Shown: positions 27,213-39,074 of the stretch, piece after piece
Layout: each line of letters opens with the position of its first letter
Numbering within the stretch: the first letter of the stretch is position 1
Assembly (NCBI RefSeq): GCF_964194155.1
Contig: NC_135910.1
Coordinates: 9,920,001 to 9,984,000, forward strand
Source of the DNA: Cetorhinus maximus
Taxonomy: Eukaryota
DNA: 64,000 nt
Direction: 5' to 3'
Notes under the pieces: generated by a model
What the model saw: only the letters and a program-made list of their open reading frames with translations
What the model was told of the DNA's origin: nothing
Databases searched by the model: none
Program-made: the position numbers and the translations under genes

Positions 27213-28195
27213 ACCATATCCCAGGAGAGTCAGCACCTTCAGGTAAGGAAAAAAGTGTGAGAAATAAACAAATCAAATGACTTAGCATCTTCAAACATAC
27301 CCATAAGTCAATGTTTATCAAGTGTTACACGTTACCATCCAGGAGTAACATAGGCATGCAGGAGAACAAAAATATATATATCTCAATATTAACATACATA
27401 CAGAAAGTTCAAATTGGGCATGAAATCTATAAGAATAAATGGCCATTGTGAAGCCCTGGGCTGAATTTGGGTTTGGGAATAGGAGGACCTACAATCTGCC
27501 TTCTGCCTGAATACCCCAGACTGTGAAGTGGGAGAATAATCAGCACCCTTTTTCTTGAGCTGCCATCTCAGGAATAGTTAGAGCCTTTAGAAGGACCGAA
27601 AAGAGAGCAGGTATGCTCTAATTGGGCATTGGGACGGGAACTTTTTTTTATTCTTTCATGGTATGTGAGTGTCGCTGTCTAGGCCAGCATTTGTTGCCCA
27701 TCCCTAATTGCCCTAGAGAAGGTAGTGGTGAGTTGCCTTCTTGAACAGCTGCAAGTCCACCTTATAAACAAGGAATACTCTCCCCCTGCAACTCCAGTGC
27801 TCAGACACACAGGTAGGTCAGTCTGTGTCCCATCTCTGCAGCTCAAAGAAACTTCCTATTCACTATGAGCACCTCCACATCAGAAGTAGAGGACCACCCC
27901 TTCCCTTCAGGACCACACAAAATTTTACAGCACAGAAGCAAGCCATTCATCCCAACCAGCCCATGCCAGTGTTTATGCTCCATATGAACCTCCTCTCACC
28001 CAACTTCATCTAATCCAACAGCACAACCTTGTATTCCTTTCCCTCTTGTGCACAAATCTAGTTTCAACCGTGTAGGCTTGTTACATGTACAAGTGTCTGC
28101 CAGCAGACGCTAGAAGCCATCTCATCCTCATGGGAAAAGCATGATCCCAGTGGCTTTAAAGTGGGGACTCTGCAGGAGCGGCCAGAAACTCCGCA

Positions 28196-28293
28196 CAGAG
28201 AGAGAGAAGACAGAGAGAGAGTAGACAGAGAGAGAGAAGACAGAGAGAGAGAAGACAGAGAGAGAGAAGACAGAGAGAGAGAAGACAGAGAGA
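28196..28293. repeat. 15-bp purine-rich tandem repeat (cagagagagagaaga) x about 6
   Basis: Seen directly; about 110 bp downstream of the SERTAD1-like stop codon. Confidence 0.9.
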
Positions 28294-28404
28294 AGGGGTG
28301 TAACTGCAGCCCAAAGAATTCTTGTGCAAGTCTTGCAGGTTTTCAGAAACATCAGTTAATGTTTCAAAGTCTACAAAAGAGAATAAAGCCCCCTGCACAA
28401 ATCG

Positions 28405-29215
28405 TCAACCAACAAGGAGGTCCATCAGATTCTCCAGCTCAGTGAAGTCCATCCGGCTGTTGTGGGGCTTTGTTGAAGGGGAGCCTCGCGAAGCTTTGAT
28501 AGGCTGGCTGGTGGGACAGGCCCCAGGGGAGAGGCCCTGCTGGACGTCATACATGGAGGTGTCAATATCCTCGAAGATCGCGTCGAGGGAGCCATCGATG
28601 AGGAAGTCATTGGAGTCGGCGATTTCGAAGGCCGCGAAGATGGAGTCGGGGGGCCTGGGCTCTGCTCGGGGGTCCAGGCTCGCTGGCTTCAGTGGCAAGA
28701 GGTGGTCATCTTCAGGAGGAACCTGGCTTGGTGGAGGGCTCAGGTCCTCCACAAAATCCAGGTCTTGGAGGATGGTGGAGATGGCGGAGGACAGCGAGCT
28801 GTCATTACCCGAAAGGAGGGAGAAGGGCACCTCTGTGAGGCTTGGCGATGGTGCCCCGCTGAGGTTATTGTTCAGGTCAGTGGTGGTCTCCGCTGCCGGC
28901 TTTGAGACTGGCCCCAGCTGCTTGGCACCACTGGCAGGTTGCTCTGGTGGCTGTGCTGGCTCCAAACAGGCTGTGGGCACCTCGTTGCGGCCACTCTCCC
29001 GGTGGATCTCCGCTTGCAGCCTGCGCAGGGTGTTGGCGATCAGCACCGAGCGGTGTAGGTTGCGCTCAGCCAGCACACAGTTCTGGTGCAGTTTGAGTAA
29101 CGAGAGGTCGAGCAGCGTGCCGCAGTGGAAGTTTTGCGGAGCACACTCTGCCGCAGGCTGCCCGCCGCCATCATCTTCATGGCGTTTCCGCTTCACTCCT
29201 TTGCCCAGTGGGAAC
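28405..29215 (-). CDS. SERTAD1: SERTA-domain protein, SERTAD1 (TRIP-Br1)-like, main coding exon; start codon not in this exon
   Basis: Contains LGKGVKRKRH, the SERTA domain LLDLSLLKLH..LHRSVLIANTLRRLQAEI, LSSAISTILQDL, IFEDIDTSMYD and C-terminal ELENLMDLLVG*. Acceptor ttgtattttgttttgcttag|G at 29215. The motifs are closest to recalled SERTAD1. Confidence 0.85.
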
Positions 29216-29595
29216 CTAAGCAAAACAAAATACAAGAAGCTTCCGTCAGCAACTCAATCAGAAAGTGCCAGAAATCCTCAGCAGGTTCAGGCAGCATCTG
29301 TGGATAGAGAGATAAAGTTAACATCTCAGGTCACCAGAACTGGCAAAACCTAAGAGATTTAATAATTTTTAAAACAAGTACAATGGCAGAGACAAAAGAA
29401 GGGAGAGGGAAGGGAAAAAAACAAAAGGGAGGGATCTGCAATGAAAACAGAAAATTCCGTAAATACTCTTTAGGTTTGGCAACATCTGTGGAGAGGGAGG
29501 GGGAGAGACAGACAGAGTTAAGATATCAGTTCGAACAGAAGATAATTGAAACGTTAACTCTGTTTCTCCCTCCGAAGATGCTGCCTGACCTCCGT

Positions 29596-31249
29596 ATCAA
29601 GTATGAAAGTAAGGATAGCATGGGTGAGAGTTTCAGCAGCTGATGAGCTGAAGTATGGGCAGAGGTGAAAGTGGGCAGTCCTGGTGATGGGGGAGGATAA
29701 GGGATCGGAAGCTCAACTATGGCTCAAACAGGGTGCTGAGGTTGTGAAGAGTTTGGTTCAGCCTCTCAGTGGCCAGGGAGAAGGATGGAATTGGTGACAA
29801 GGAAATGGAGTTAGTGGCAGGGGCTTCAGTCTATCCAATCTTTATTGGAGGAAATTTCTGCTCATCCATGACTGGTTGACCTTTCTCTGGCACTAGTTCT
29901 AGCACCTTAAATAGCTTGACTGAGCTACCTCAAAGCAGACTGGGTTCTAACGCATGGAATATTTCCAGCATTTGTTGCTGTTTATTATAGATTTCCAGCA
30001 TCTGTAGCATTTGGCATAATTAAAAAGGTCAGTGATTTAAAAAAAAAATTCTTTCACAGGACGTCACTGGCTAGGCCAGCATTTATTGCCCCTCCCTAAT
30101 TGCCCTTGAGAAGCTGGTGGCGAGCTGACTTCTTGAACCACTGCAGTCCATGTGGTGTCGGTACATCCATAGTGCTATTAGGGAGGGAGTTCCAGGATTT
30201 TGATCCAGCGACAGTGAAGGATCAGGAATATAGTTCCAAGTTAGGATAGGACGCAGGAGCGATTTAATGACTAAAGGGGTGAGGGTGCAAGGCAAATAGA
30301 GATGGTACTGGGATAAGTAAAGACACAAAAGATGGGCCTGGAGGAGGTGTAAATGGAAAAAGCAAAATCATTATCTGCCACTCCTATCTTGGGAAAACGA
30401 GAGCAGTGGTTATGATATAAAAGCTGTTAACTCAGTGTTGAGGTTGGAAGGCTGTAAAGTGCCTGATCAAAAGATGAGGTGATGATCCTTGAGTTTGCAT
30501 TGAGCTTCACTGGATCAGTGTGGGAAGCCAAGGGCAAATAGCACAAGTAGGAGTGAGAAAGGAGAATTAGAACGGCAAATGATCAGAATCCCAGGGTTGC
30601 ACTTGCAGACTGAATGGAGGCATTTTGCAAAGCGGTCGCCCAATCTGAATTTGGTATCCCCAATGTAGAGGTGACCGCATTGTGAACAGCAAATATAATG
30701 TACCATGTAAATTGCTGTTACACCTGTTAGGGGTTTTTGGGACTCTGGACAGTGTTAAGAAATGAGGTGAAAGGTCAAATACAATCAGTAATGAAGAAGG
30801 TTGCAAGGTTGAAAGTTCTTGCCCTTCAATGAGGATGCAGGACAGACACCCCCCAGTGGCCCACTGCGGTACTGTGTCCATCCATGAGTTAAACCCCAGT
30901 CTGTGTTGAGGTAGCTCAGTCAAGCTATTTAAAGGTGCTAGAACTAGTGCCAGAGAAAGAGACGGATCAACCAGTCATGATGAGCAGAAATTTCCTCCAA
31001 TAAAGATTGGATAGACTGAAGCCCCTGCCACTAACTCCATGTCCTTGTCACCAATTCCATCCTTCTCCCTGGTCACTGAGAGGCTAAAGCAAACTCTTCA
31101 CAACCTCAGCACCCTGTTTGAGCCATAGTTGAGCTTCCGATCCCTTATCCTCCCCCATCACCAGGACTGCTCACTTTCACCTCTGCCCATACTTCAGCTC
31201 ATCAGCTGCTGAAACTCTCACCCATGCTATTCTTACTTTCATACTTGAT
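29596..31249. repeat. Recent local inverted duplication, ~365-bp arms (29596-29958 and 30881-31249)
   Basis: The arms are near-identical reverse complements, including both L2-derived and flanking non-L2 sequence. Confidence 0.9.
30260..30780 (-). mobile_element. Penelope-like fragment (GIY-YIG endonuclease)
   Basis: VHYICCSQCGHLYIGDTKFRLGDRFAKCL. Confidence 0.75.
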
Positions 31250-31762
31250 TGTGCCAATGTGCTTGTGGCTGGCCACCCAACTTCCACTTCTAAAATTCAG
31301 CTCATCCAGTACCCTGCTATGTCCTAACTCGCACCAAGTCCTGTTCACCCATCACCCTGTGCTCAGTGACTTACTTTGGTTCCCATCCACCAATGTATCA
31401 AATTTAAAACCCCCACCCTCATGTTCTATTCCCTCCCTGACCTTGCTCCTCCACATCTCGAACTTCCTGAAAAGCTCTGAGAACTCTATGTTCCTCTAAT
31501 TCTGGCCTCTTGTGCATCCCCCCACTTCCATCACCCCACCATTGGTGGCCATGCCTTCAGGTGCCTAGGGCCCAAGCTCTGAAAATCTTTTCTTAAACCT
31601 CTCCACCTCACTTTCCTTCTTTAAGGCACTCCTTAAAATGAACCACTTTTGGTCACCTGACCTAACTGTTTCCTTCTTTGGCCTGATATTAATTTTTGTT
31701 TGATTTACATGCTGATGAGGCACCTTGGGATGTTTTACTAAAGGATCTATATAAATGCTTGG
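30965..31762 (+). mobile_element. L2-clade LINE 3' fragment
   Basis: gctgaaactctcacccatgc, catcaccctgtgctc, and the L2 tail. Confidence 0.7.
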
Positions 31763-32156
31763 TTCCAGCCACTGTTTGCTGTCTGATGAGCCTCACTGAA
31801 CTGTGCGCGCCTGGGCAAGGATAGAACCTCATGGAATAACCATGAAACTGGCTCACACGCAAAGACAGCCAGCTATTGCTTTGAGACCTTCATTTGGGGG
31901 GGGGGGCAGTCAGCACTTATTGGCCTGAGGACATTGAGTCAACATATAGTGTCAGATTGGATCAGGAAGGGGTGGCAGGTTTCCTTCCCTAAACAACATT
32001 AATGATCCGGTTTGTTGTTTAAAACAACAATCTGGTAACGTTGGTTACCTGCGTTAAAAAATTGAACTTAAATTTCACAATTTGCCATGGCGGAATTTGA
32101 ATTTATGAGCTCTGACTTGCTGGCCCAGTAACAGAACAACCAGGCTGCTGTACCCT

Positions 32157-32613
32157 AACTTGCATTTATACTGTGATTTTCATGACCACCGGATATCTTG
32201 AAGTGTTTTACAACCAATGAAATACTTCTTTTGAAGTGTCATCGCTGCTGTAATTTAGGAATCGCAGCAGCCAATTTGCTCACAGCAAACTCCCACAACT
32301 CCCATATGATAATGATCAGATAACCTGTTTGTGTGATGTTGATTGAGGGATAAATATTGGCCAGGAGACCGGGGAGAACTCCCCTGCTCACCTTTGAAAT
32401 AGTGTCACAGGATCAATACATCCACATAAGAGTGCAGGCGGGATCTTGGTTTAACATCTCACCCGAAAGGCAGCACCTCCAAAAGTATAGTGTTCCTTCT
32501 GTACCGCACTGGAGTTTAGCATGGATTTCATGCTAAGGTCCTGAAGATGGACTTGAACACATAAGCTTATGACTCAAAGGCAAGAGTGCTACTCACAGAG
32601 CCACGGGTGACAC
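32157..32613 (-). mobile_element. Deu-domain (SacSINE1-like) SINE, near full length
   Basis: tRNA-like head, Deu core and tail. Confidence 0.75.
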
Positions 32614-32909
32614 TGTGGGTGTCTTGTGGGTTTTTACATCATTAAATGGCTCTTATGTAATATCCCAAATCAATGTGATGAAAATCTTGGCTGTCCACTG
32701 GCAGCAAATTGAGCTTGTTGCTGTCTCAGGAGATGAGAGGTGCACCCTTCGCCGTCCCCGCCCCTTCTAGGAAGCAAATTCCTTGACTGTAGGGGATAAA
32801 TTGAGAGGAACACACAAGCTGCCCTCCCCCGAGGAATGGTTAGACATTAACCGCCGACTCTACCAACTTTACACAAGAATAAATTTTGCCGCCAAAGGTT
32901 CTTACGCAC

Positions 32910-33003
32910 CTGACGGCAGCCATTGGCTGCTTCCGAGAGACTGCCTCGCAAGCCGGTGAGATGTCCGTGCTTTTCACGCCTCGTCTTCAGAACCATTCAA
33001 CAC
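32910..33003 (-). CDS. Candidate upstream exon of the SERTAD1-like gene (5'UTR plus ATG GCT GCC GTC AG at 32923-32910)
   Basis: Acceptor tttttttcctttgtttttag| and donor CAG|gtgcgt bound 94 nt of unique sequence. The phase-2 end joins 29215 in frame, giving MAAVR-FPLGKGVKRK (274 aa in total). Confidence 0.5.
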
Positions 33004-33665
33004 CTAAAAACAAAGGAAAAAAATTGGATTAGCTCAGGTTCCGTTACAAAGAATGTACAAGGAAATAGGTCATTCGGCCCAATGGATCCATGCTGACCTT
33101 TATGCTCCACATGAGGTTCCTCCAGTCCTATTTCATCTAATCAGCATACCCTTTCACCCTAAAATATATTTATTCTGCTTACCTCACTACTCCCTCGGTA
33201 GCGAGTTCTACATTCTCGCCACTGTCTGGATTAAGAAGTTTCCATTGAATTCCCTATTGGATTGATTAGTTTATATTTATGATCCCTAGTTTTGGTCTTC
33301 CTATAAGTGGAAACATCATCACTGTGTCTACCCTATCAAAGCTCTTCATAATTTTAGAGACTTCTGTTAGGTCAGAGCGAAGGACCCCAGTTTCTCCCAA
33401 ATTCCTTACTGAATTCATCATAGGGACTAATGGTCCCTAGTTTTGATCTTCTCCGCAACTGGAAAGATCAAAATTCTCAGGGGAAAGCTGAAGAGAGCAG
33501 AGGAGATGATGTCAGTCACCCATGGGTGCTGGAAGGAAATGGGGGCTAATTAATGGCTCCCTAGGATCTGGGATTGCCCTCATGAACTGGAGAGAGGCCC
33601 ACACGATGCCAACATTCACAAAGGGGGACATCAGGACTAGGAAATTACAGACCCAGTAGCTTTAG

Positions 33666-34250
33666 ATGTCAGCCTTAGCTCAGTGGGTAGCATTCTCACC
33701 TCCAAGTCAGTAAGTCACGGGTTCAAGTCTCACTCCATCAACTTGAGCAGGAATCCAGGCAGGGCTGAGGGTGTACTGCACTGCATTGTTGGAGATGACG
33801 TCTTTCAGATGAAATGTTAAATATTACTTGATTGACTTTGGGGGTTGGAGAGAAATTTGCCAGATTTCTTCCTCCCTAAATTGTTGCATCAGCCATGGCG
33901 TGGACTGGAGCACAGCAATCTAGACTGACACTTAAGTGCCTTACTAAGGAAGTGCAGTGCTATCAGGCATGAGAGGAGACGTTAAACCAAGGCTCTGTAT
34001 GCCCTCTTGGGTGTACATAAAAGATCGCACAGCACTATTTCAAAAAGGAGCAGGGGAATTCCCTCCAGTGTCATGGTGAATATTTATCCCTTAATCAACG
34101 TCACAAAAAAAAAACAGATTATCTGATCATTATTTCATTGTTGTTTGTGGGAGCTTGCTGTGTGCAAATTGGCTGTCATGTTTCCTACATTACAACAGTG
34201 ACTACACTTCAAAAGTACTTTGCTGGTTGTAAAGCACTTTGGGATTTCTA
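33666..34250 (+). mobile_element. Deu-domain SINE with a ~150-bp internal insertion
   Basis: Head gtcagccttagctcagtgggtag; the core resumes at gagacgttaaacc (~33977). Confidence 0.7.
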
Positions 34251-35187
34251 TGCTACTGGTTAAGGACACTAAGGTTGGATTTTACTAGATTGTAGGAAAA
34301 AAATTGTGTTGGAAGAGCTCCTGAGAAAGTTAGAGTTAAATAGAAGACAGTGCAACCAGAAGACATTGCATTCAACACAGTAAAGGTGCAAGGATGGCAT
34401 TAACTCTTTGCTGCCTCCATAACTCTTATCCTTCATCATTTCCACCACTAAGAAACTAATGTGCCTCCTCTTTCTCCCACCTTCCCCAGCAAACTCTAAA
34501 AGCAGTTTGCAGAGACTCTCCCAACCCCACTTAGTCCTTCAATGATTACAACTCCACACTACTGAGATTGTTTGTGGTACCCCCACCCCAGCTCACTCAC
34601 TGATCAAGTACTGAACCTGGAGATTTTCTCACCTGTCAATTGTTCACAGCCACTAGACACTGTGTCACTGACTGAAGACTAGCAGAAGTATCCCTTTACC
34701 CTGGTTAACACTGTTCCAATATACAGTACAAAATAAAGAATATATTACCCCTTTGACTGGTAACACTGCCCTGTGTACAGTACAGAATAAGGAGTATATT
34801 ATTTTTCTATCCTTGATAACATTGTTTTACAAACCAGGATAGCCCAAGCCTGATTCCTGGTCTATACAGAGTTGACACTCAGCAAGGTACCTTTAAGTGG
34901 GATTAAAACAGGCAAGGTACTTACTGTAGATTCCAGCCCAGTGACTTCTGCTGTTTAGTGCCATGCTGAAGTTTAGTGAAGCCAGGTCTGAGTTACTCCT
35001 CCGACCCATTCCCAGTCAAGGCCCAGGTTGCAAAGGTGTGATGAGAGGACACACTTTCAATTGGGCCCTACCAGTGCTGAGGCTACTCAGATCAGAGCCC
35101 TGTACACTTATATGCCTTTGAGTGCAGAGAAGCTGAAGACCCCCTCACCAATTCTAACTCCCAGCTTATCTGATTCCTTCCCTGTTG

Positions 35188-35985
35188 GGTGTCAGCTGTG
35201 GCTCAATGGGTAGAATTTTTGCTTCTAAGTCAAGCAGGTTGTGAGTTCAAGTCCCACCCCAGAGGATTGAGCACAAAATCAAGGCTGACATTTCACTGCT
35301 GTACTGAGGGAGAGTGGCACCATCGGAGGTCATCAGATGAGACATTAAGCCGAGGCCCCAACTTCCCAATCAGATCGACATTAAAAAGATCCAATGGCAC
35401 TATTTCAGACAAGAGCAGAGGAGTGTGCCGGGTGTCCTGGTCAATATTTATCCCTCAATCAACATCACTAAAACTGGTTATCTGATCGTTTATCCCAGTG
35501 CTGTTTGGGGGGAGCTTCATGTGCACAAATTGGCTGCCAGCGGTTCATACCTTAAAACAGTGACTACACTTCACGTTTGTGTACAAAATTATGAGGGGAA
35601 TAGATAGAGTGGACAGGAAAAAATTGTTTCCCTTGGTGGAGAATTCTAGAACCAGGGGACATAGATTCAAGATAAGTGGCAGAAGGTGTAGGGAGGAAAT
35701 GAGGAAGAACTTTTTTACGCAGAGGGTAGTGGGTGTCTGGAATTCGCTGCCCAAGTTGGTGGTAGAGGCAGAAACTCTAAACTCTTTTAAAAAGTACCTG
35801 GATCTGGACCTTAAGTGCTGTAAGCTGCAGGGCTATGGGCCGGGTGCAGGAAGGTGGGATTAGAAAGGGCACCTGGGTGTCCTCGGGCTGGCATGGACAA
35901 GATGGGCAAAATGGTCTCCTTCTGTGCTGTAACTTTTCTATGGTTCTACTTCATCTGCTGTAAAGCTCTTTCAGATATCCTGAGT
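35188..35985 (+). mobile_element. Deu-domain SINE interrupted near its tail by a young CR1 3' end (~35576-35947)
   Basis: The CR1 ORF YKIMRGIDRVDRKKLFPLVENSRTRGH..FFTQRVVGVWN is intact; the SINE tail resumes at ~35948. Confidence 0.8.
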
Positions 35986-35999
35986 CTTCCTCTCCTGTC

Positions 36000-37320
36000 T
36001 GTATAAGGGTGTCGGTACACAGGAGGGGGAGGGACAGGGAAGACGGATACGCGTTGTCCCTTATAACAGACATCAGTTCCCCTAATTGCGAATCACTTGA
36101 TTCTCAGTCCGAGTGTTCAGATCCCGATTTCAGTCACAGACCCAGGGGGGCGTGGCTCATCCAGAGAGACCACCCCTCGCTGTGGAACATAAAAATGTAA
36201 CTAGCGGGAGCAGTGTTAACAAGAGTAAAGGGAGGAGGCTCAAGCAGAAGAGTTAGAATCACATCAGGAAACAGGGCGAAAGGTTGTCAGAAACCGGAGG
36301 CTTCCAAAGACAAGGAGAACGGACCCAAAAACGACAGCTCTGAACGAGTCAGATGCTTCCCTCCACTGGGACCGGGGGGGGAGGGGGGAGGGTGGTTAAC
36401 CACTAAGAGGGGGGTCCAGGGAGATGCCCGAGCTCCCACCATCAACATCACAATTTAAACCTGCCCCCACCGGAGTGATATCTCCACTTGACGGATTCCC
36501 GGAGAATGTCAGGCCGGCCTTTCCGAAGCAAGTCACAAATAAAACCCGGAGCAGAACTAAAACCAAAACTCCCGCTCCGTGGAACTGCTTGGGATGGGGA
36601 AACCCGAGTCCCCATCATCATCATCATCATCAAGTGACTGGGGAGACAGAGGGAGAGAGAGAGAGAAAGAAAAGGAAGATCTCCCCAGCCTTGCTCCCAA
36701 TCCCAAACACAGCAACAGCTTAGAAATAACACAGGCAGCACCTTAGTGATCTGGGGAGAGCCAGCTGGACATAGTATGGGCTCTGAGAAATTACACCCTG
36801 CCACTTGCCTCGATTCCCTTGAACGTTTAACCTAACCGCTATATACAGCAGGGAAACAGACCATTCGGCCCAACTGGTCTGTGCTGGCGTTTTATACTGT
36901 CCCACAAAAGCGTCTTCCAATCCTGCCAGAATATTCCTTTCTACTTCATATGTTTTACCCAAAAATACGTCAAGACCACAAAACACTCTGCATACCTGCC
37001 AGGGATGCCCCGAGCTGCCTGGATCCGTGCCGGCTGGTTCCTGTCAAACAGCAGCTGAGAGACTCCCATCCCCATCACATGATATAGAGTAAAGCCAACC
37101 CACGCACACAGGAAGTGAAACTGAAAGTTAAGGAGCCTTGCTCCCTCCCCCTGCCGTTCACAGTTACTCACTGACGTCGTGCTCCACAGGCGGCTGGTGA
37201 CTGCAATTCCTCCCACTCACCAAGCAGCATAGAAATTGGTATTAAAATCCCAGGCTTTCCCGAATGGCATCCTCCACTGGCTGGCTGCATCCAAGTCAGG
37301 TCGCCATGTCAGATTCAACG
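36000..37320. promoter_or_regulatory. Unique CpG-enriched regulatory region with ETS-IRF/ISRE and CRE-like motifs
   Basis: GGAAGTGAAACTGAAAG at 37111-37127, tgacgtc near 37172, KLF/SP-like ggggcgtggc near 36147. About 1.3 kb with no recognisable transposon. Confidence 0.45.
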
Positions 37321-39074
37321 TCCCACTTTCGAGCAGCTTCATTTCAAGCATACCTGTCAACTTAACCCGGAGGGGCCCCAGAGGTTAGGGGTTCAAATCC
37401 CACCACGGCAGCTCGTGAATTCTTAAAATCCAGCCCATTTGGCACCAGAAATTTATAACCTTAAAGACATCCAAGTGGGTGGCAGGGTCCTTTCTCCGGA
37501 CCTTACCCAGTCTGGCGTGACTCCAGCCATACACTATTAATGCCCTCGAGGCACCTCTGCACTATAAGTAATAAAAAACCAGCCCTGGCTACCACCAATA
37601 GGAGCAAATATCAAACAGCTGGGGATCAGAGCAATGGAGAGTGACAGGACGGAGGGGGAACGCAAGGAGTTAATGGGACAATTGAAATTTCGAACTGGAG
37701 GAAGCTACAGTGACAAAGTGGGGGCTGAGAGAGCAGCCTACACGCGAGTCACGGCTGACTCACCCCATATCACGACGATCAGAGCAGGATAGCAAAAATC
37801 AGCTCAGCAATGAGTGCTTATGGCTGAGATAGATAGATCCTTGTAGGGTGGGGGTATCAAGAGATATGGAACAAAGGTGGGTGAATGGGATGGAGATAGA
37901 CAACAGTCACGATCTTGATGGCAGAACAGATTCGAGGGGATGAATGGCCTCCCTCTATTCCTACCAGATCAGGGAATAAAATAACACGAATTCTGGAAAC
38001 CAGAAGATATTGAAGATGGGGTGGCAACCGTGCCTTTACCAGTTGATTACCCTGTTGCTTTGATTTCCAGAATGTTTTGCATTACCTGATGTGTGCCCTG
38101 CAATCTGACTGGAAACCAAGAATAGAGCTCGATTTAAAAGGTGCTTCCATTGACTGCACTGCCAATTCAAGGGAAACATTCGACTTAGATTTAGTCCTTT
38201 CCTGTGCCTAGTGGCACATGAGGCAGACAAAACACTTGCTTATGTCTGTTTCCATGGCTAGTTTTTTCCTGGAACAGGTCACCAGCCTGTCGTCAGAGGC
38301 TATAGCTTGAGGAGTGCCACTCTGCATCAAACATGGCTGACCAGGAGCGTCTCCTGCTCTTACTGCCTGCCATAGGTGTATCAGAAGGATTTACAAGCTG
38401 GTAATCAACCTGTCTGGTCATGTTATGAACGCACCTTCTGTGGCCATCAAGACCTGGAATGGGACTCACGCCACAAGACTTCCCTAAGGAAGCATGAGCA
38501 GAGTTATATGAACTTCCCAACCTGCACACAGACAGAATATAGGGAATAGCCAGAGGAATAACATAAATTTTAAAACCATATTTAGCCCTGGTGATACCAC
38601 ATCTGGAGTGGTGCGTGAAGTTCTGGTCTCCCCATTTCAAAACAAAAAGATATATAACCCAGAAATAATTATGACAGCTTTACATAGAATTTACACAGTG
38701 GAGCAACTGGCCATATCAGCCTAGTTACTCCATATGCATCACCTCCCATTCCATCCATCTTAGCCCTTCAGCATACCTTTCTATTCCTTCTTCTTTCATG
38801 TAGTCAGCTAGATTACTTTTGAGAGCACCTAAGCTATTCATCTCAACCACTTCCTGTTGTACCAAGTTCCACATTCTAGCCACTTATTGAGTAAAGGAAT
38901 TTCTCCTTATATCCCTATCGGATTTGTTAGTAACTATCTTGTATTTATGGCCTCTGGTGTTGAATTATCCCACAAATAGAAACATGCTCTCTACAGCTAC
39001 ACAGTGCAACATGTTTATAATTGATCATTTTAAAAACCTCTATACAAGTTTGTATAGAACATTGGCTAAACCAT

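Larger units (their letters stand above)
26515..28404 (-). other. Probable 3'UTR of the SERTAD1-like gene
   Basis: Minus-strand AATAAA at 26534-26539 followed by a U-rich tract. Contains two tandem repeats and LINE tails. Confidence 0.4.

Noticed and set aside
28322-29353. 343-aa plus-strand ORF
   Set aside because: Antisense shadow of the GC3-rich SERTAD1-like CDS; no recognisable motifs.
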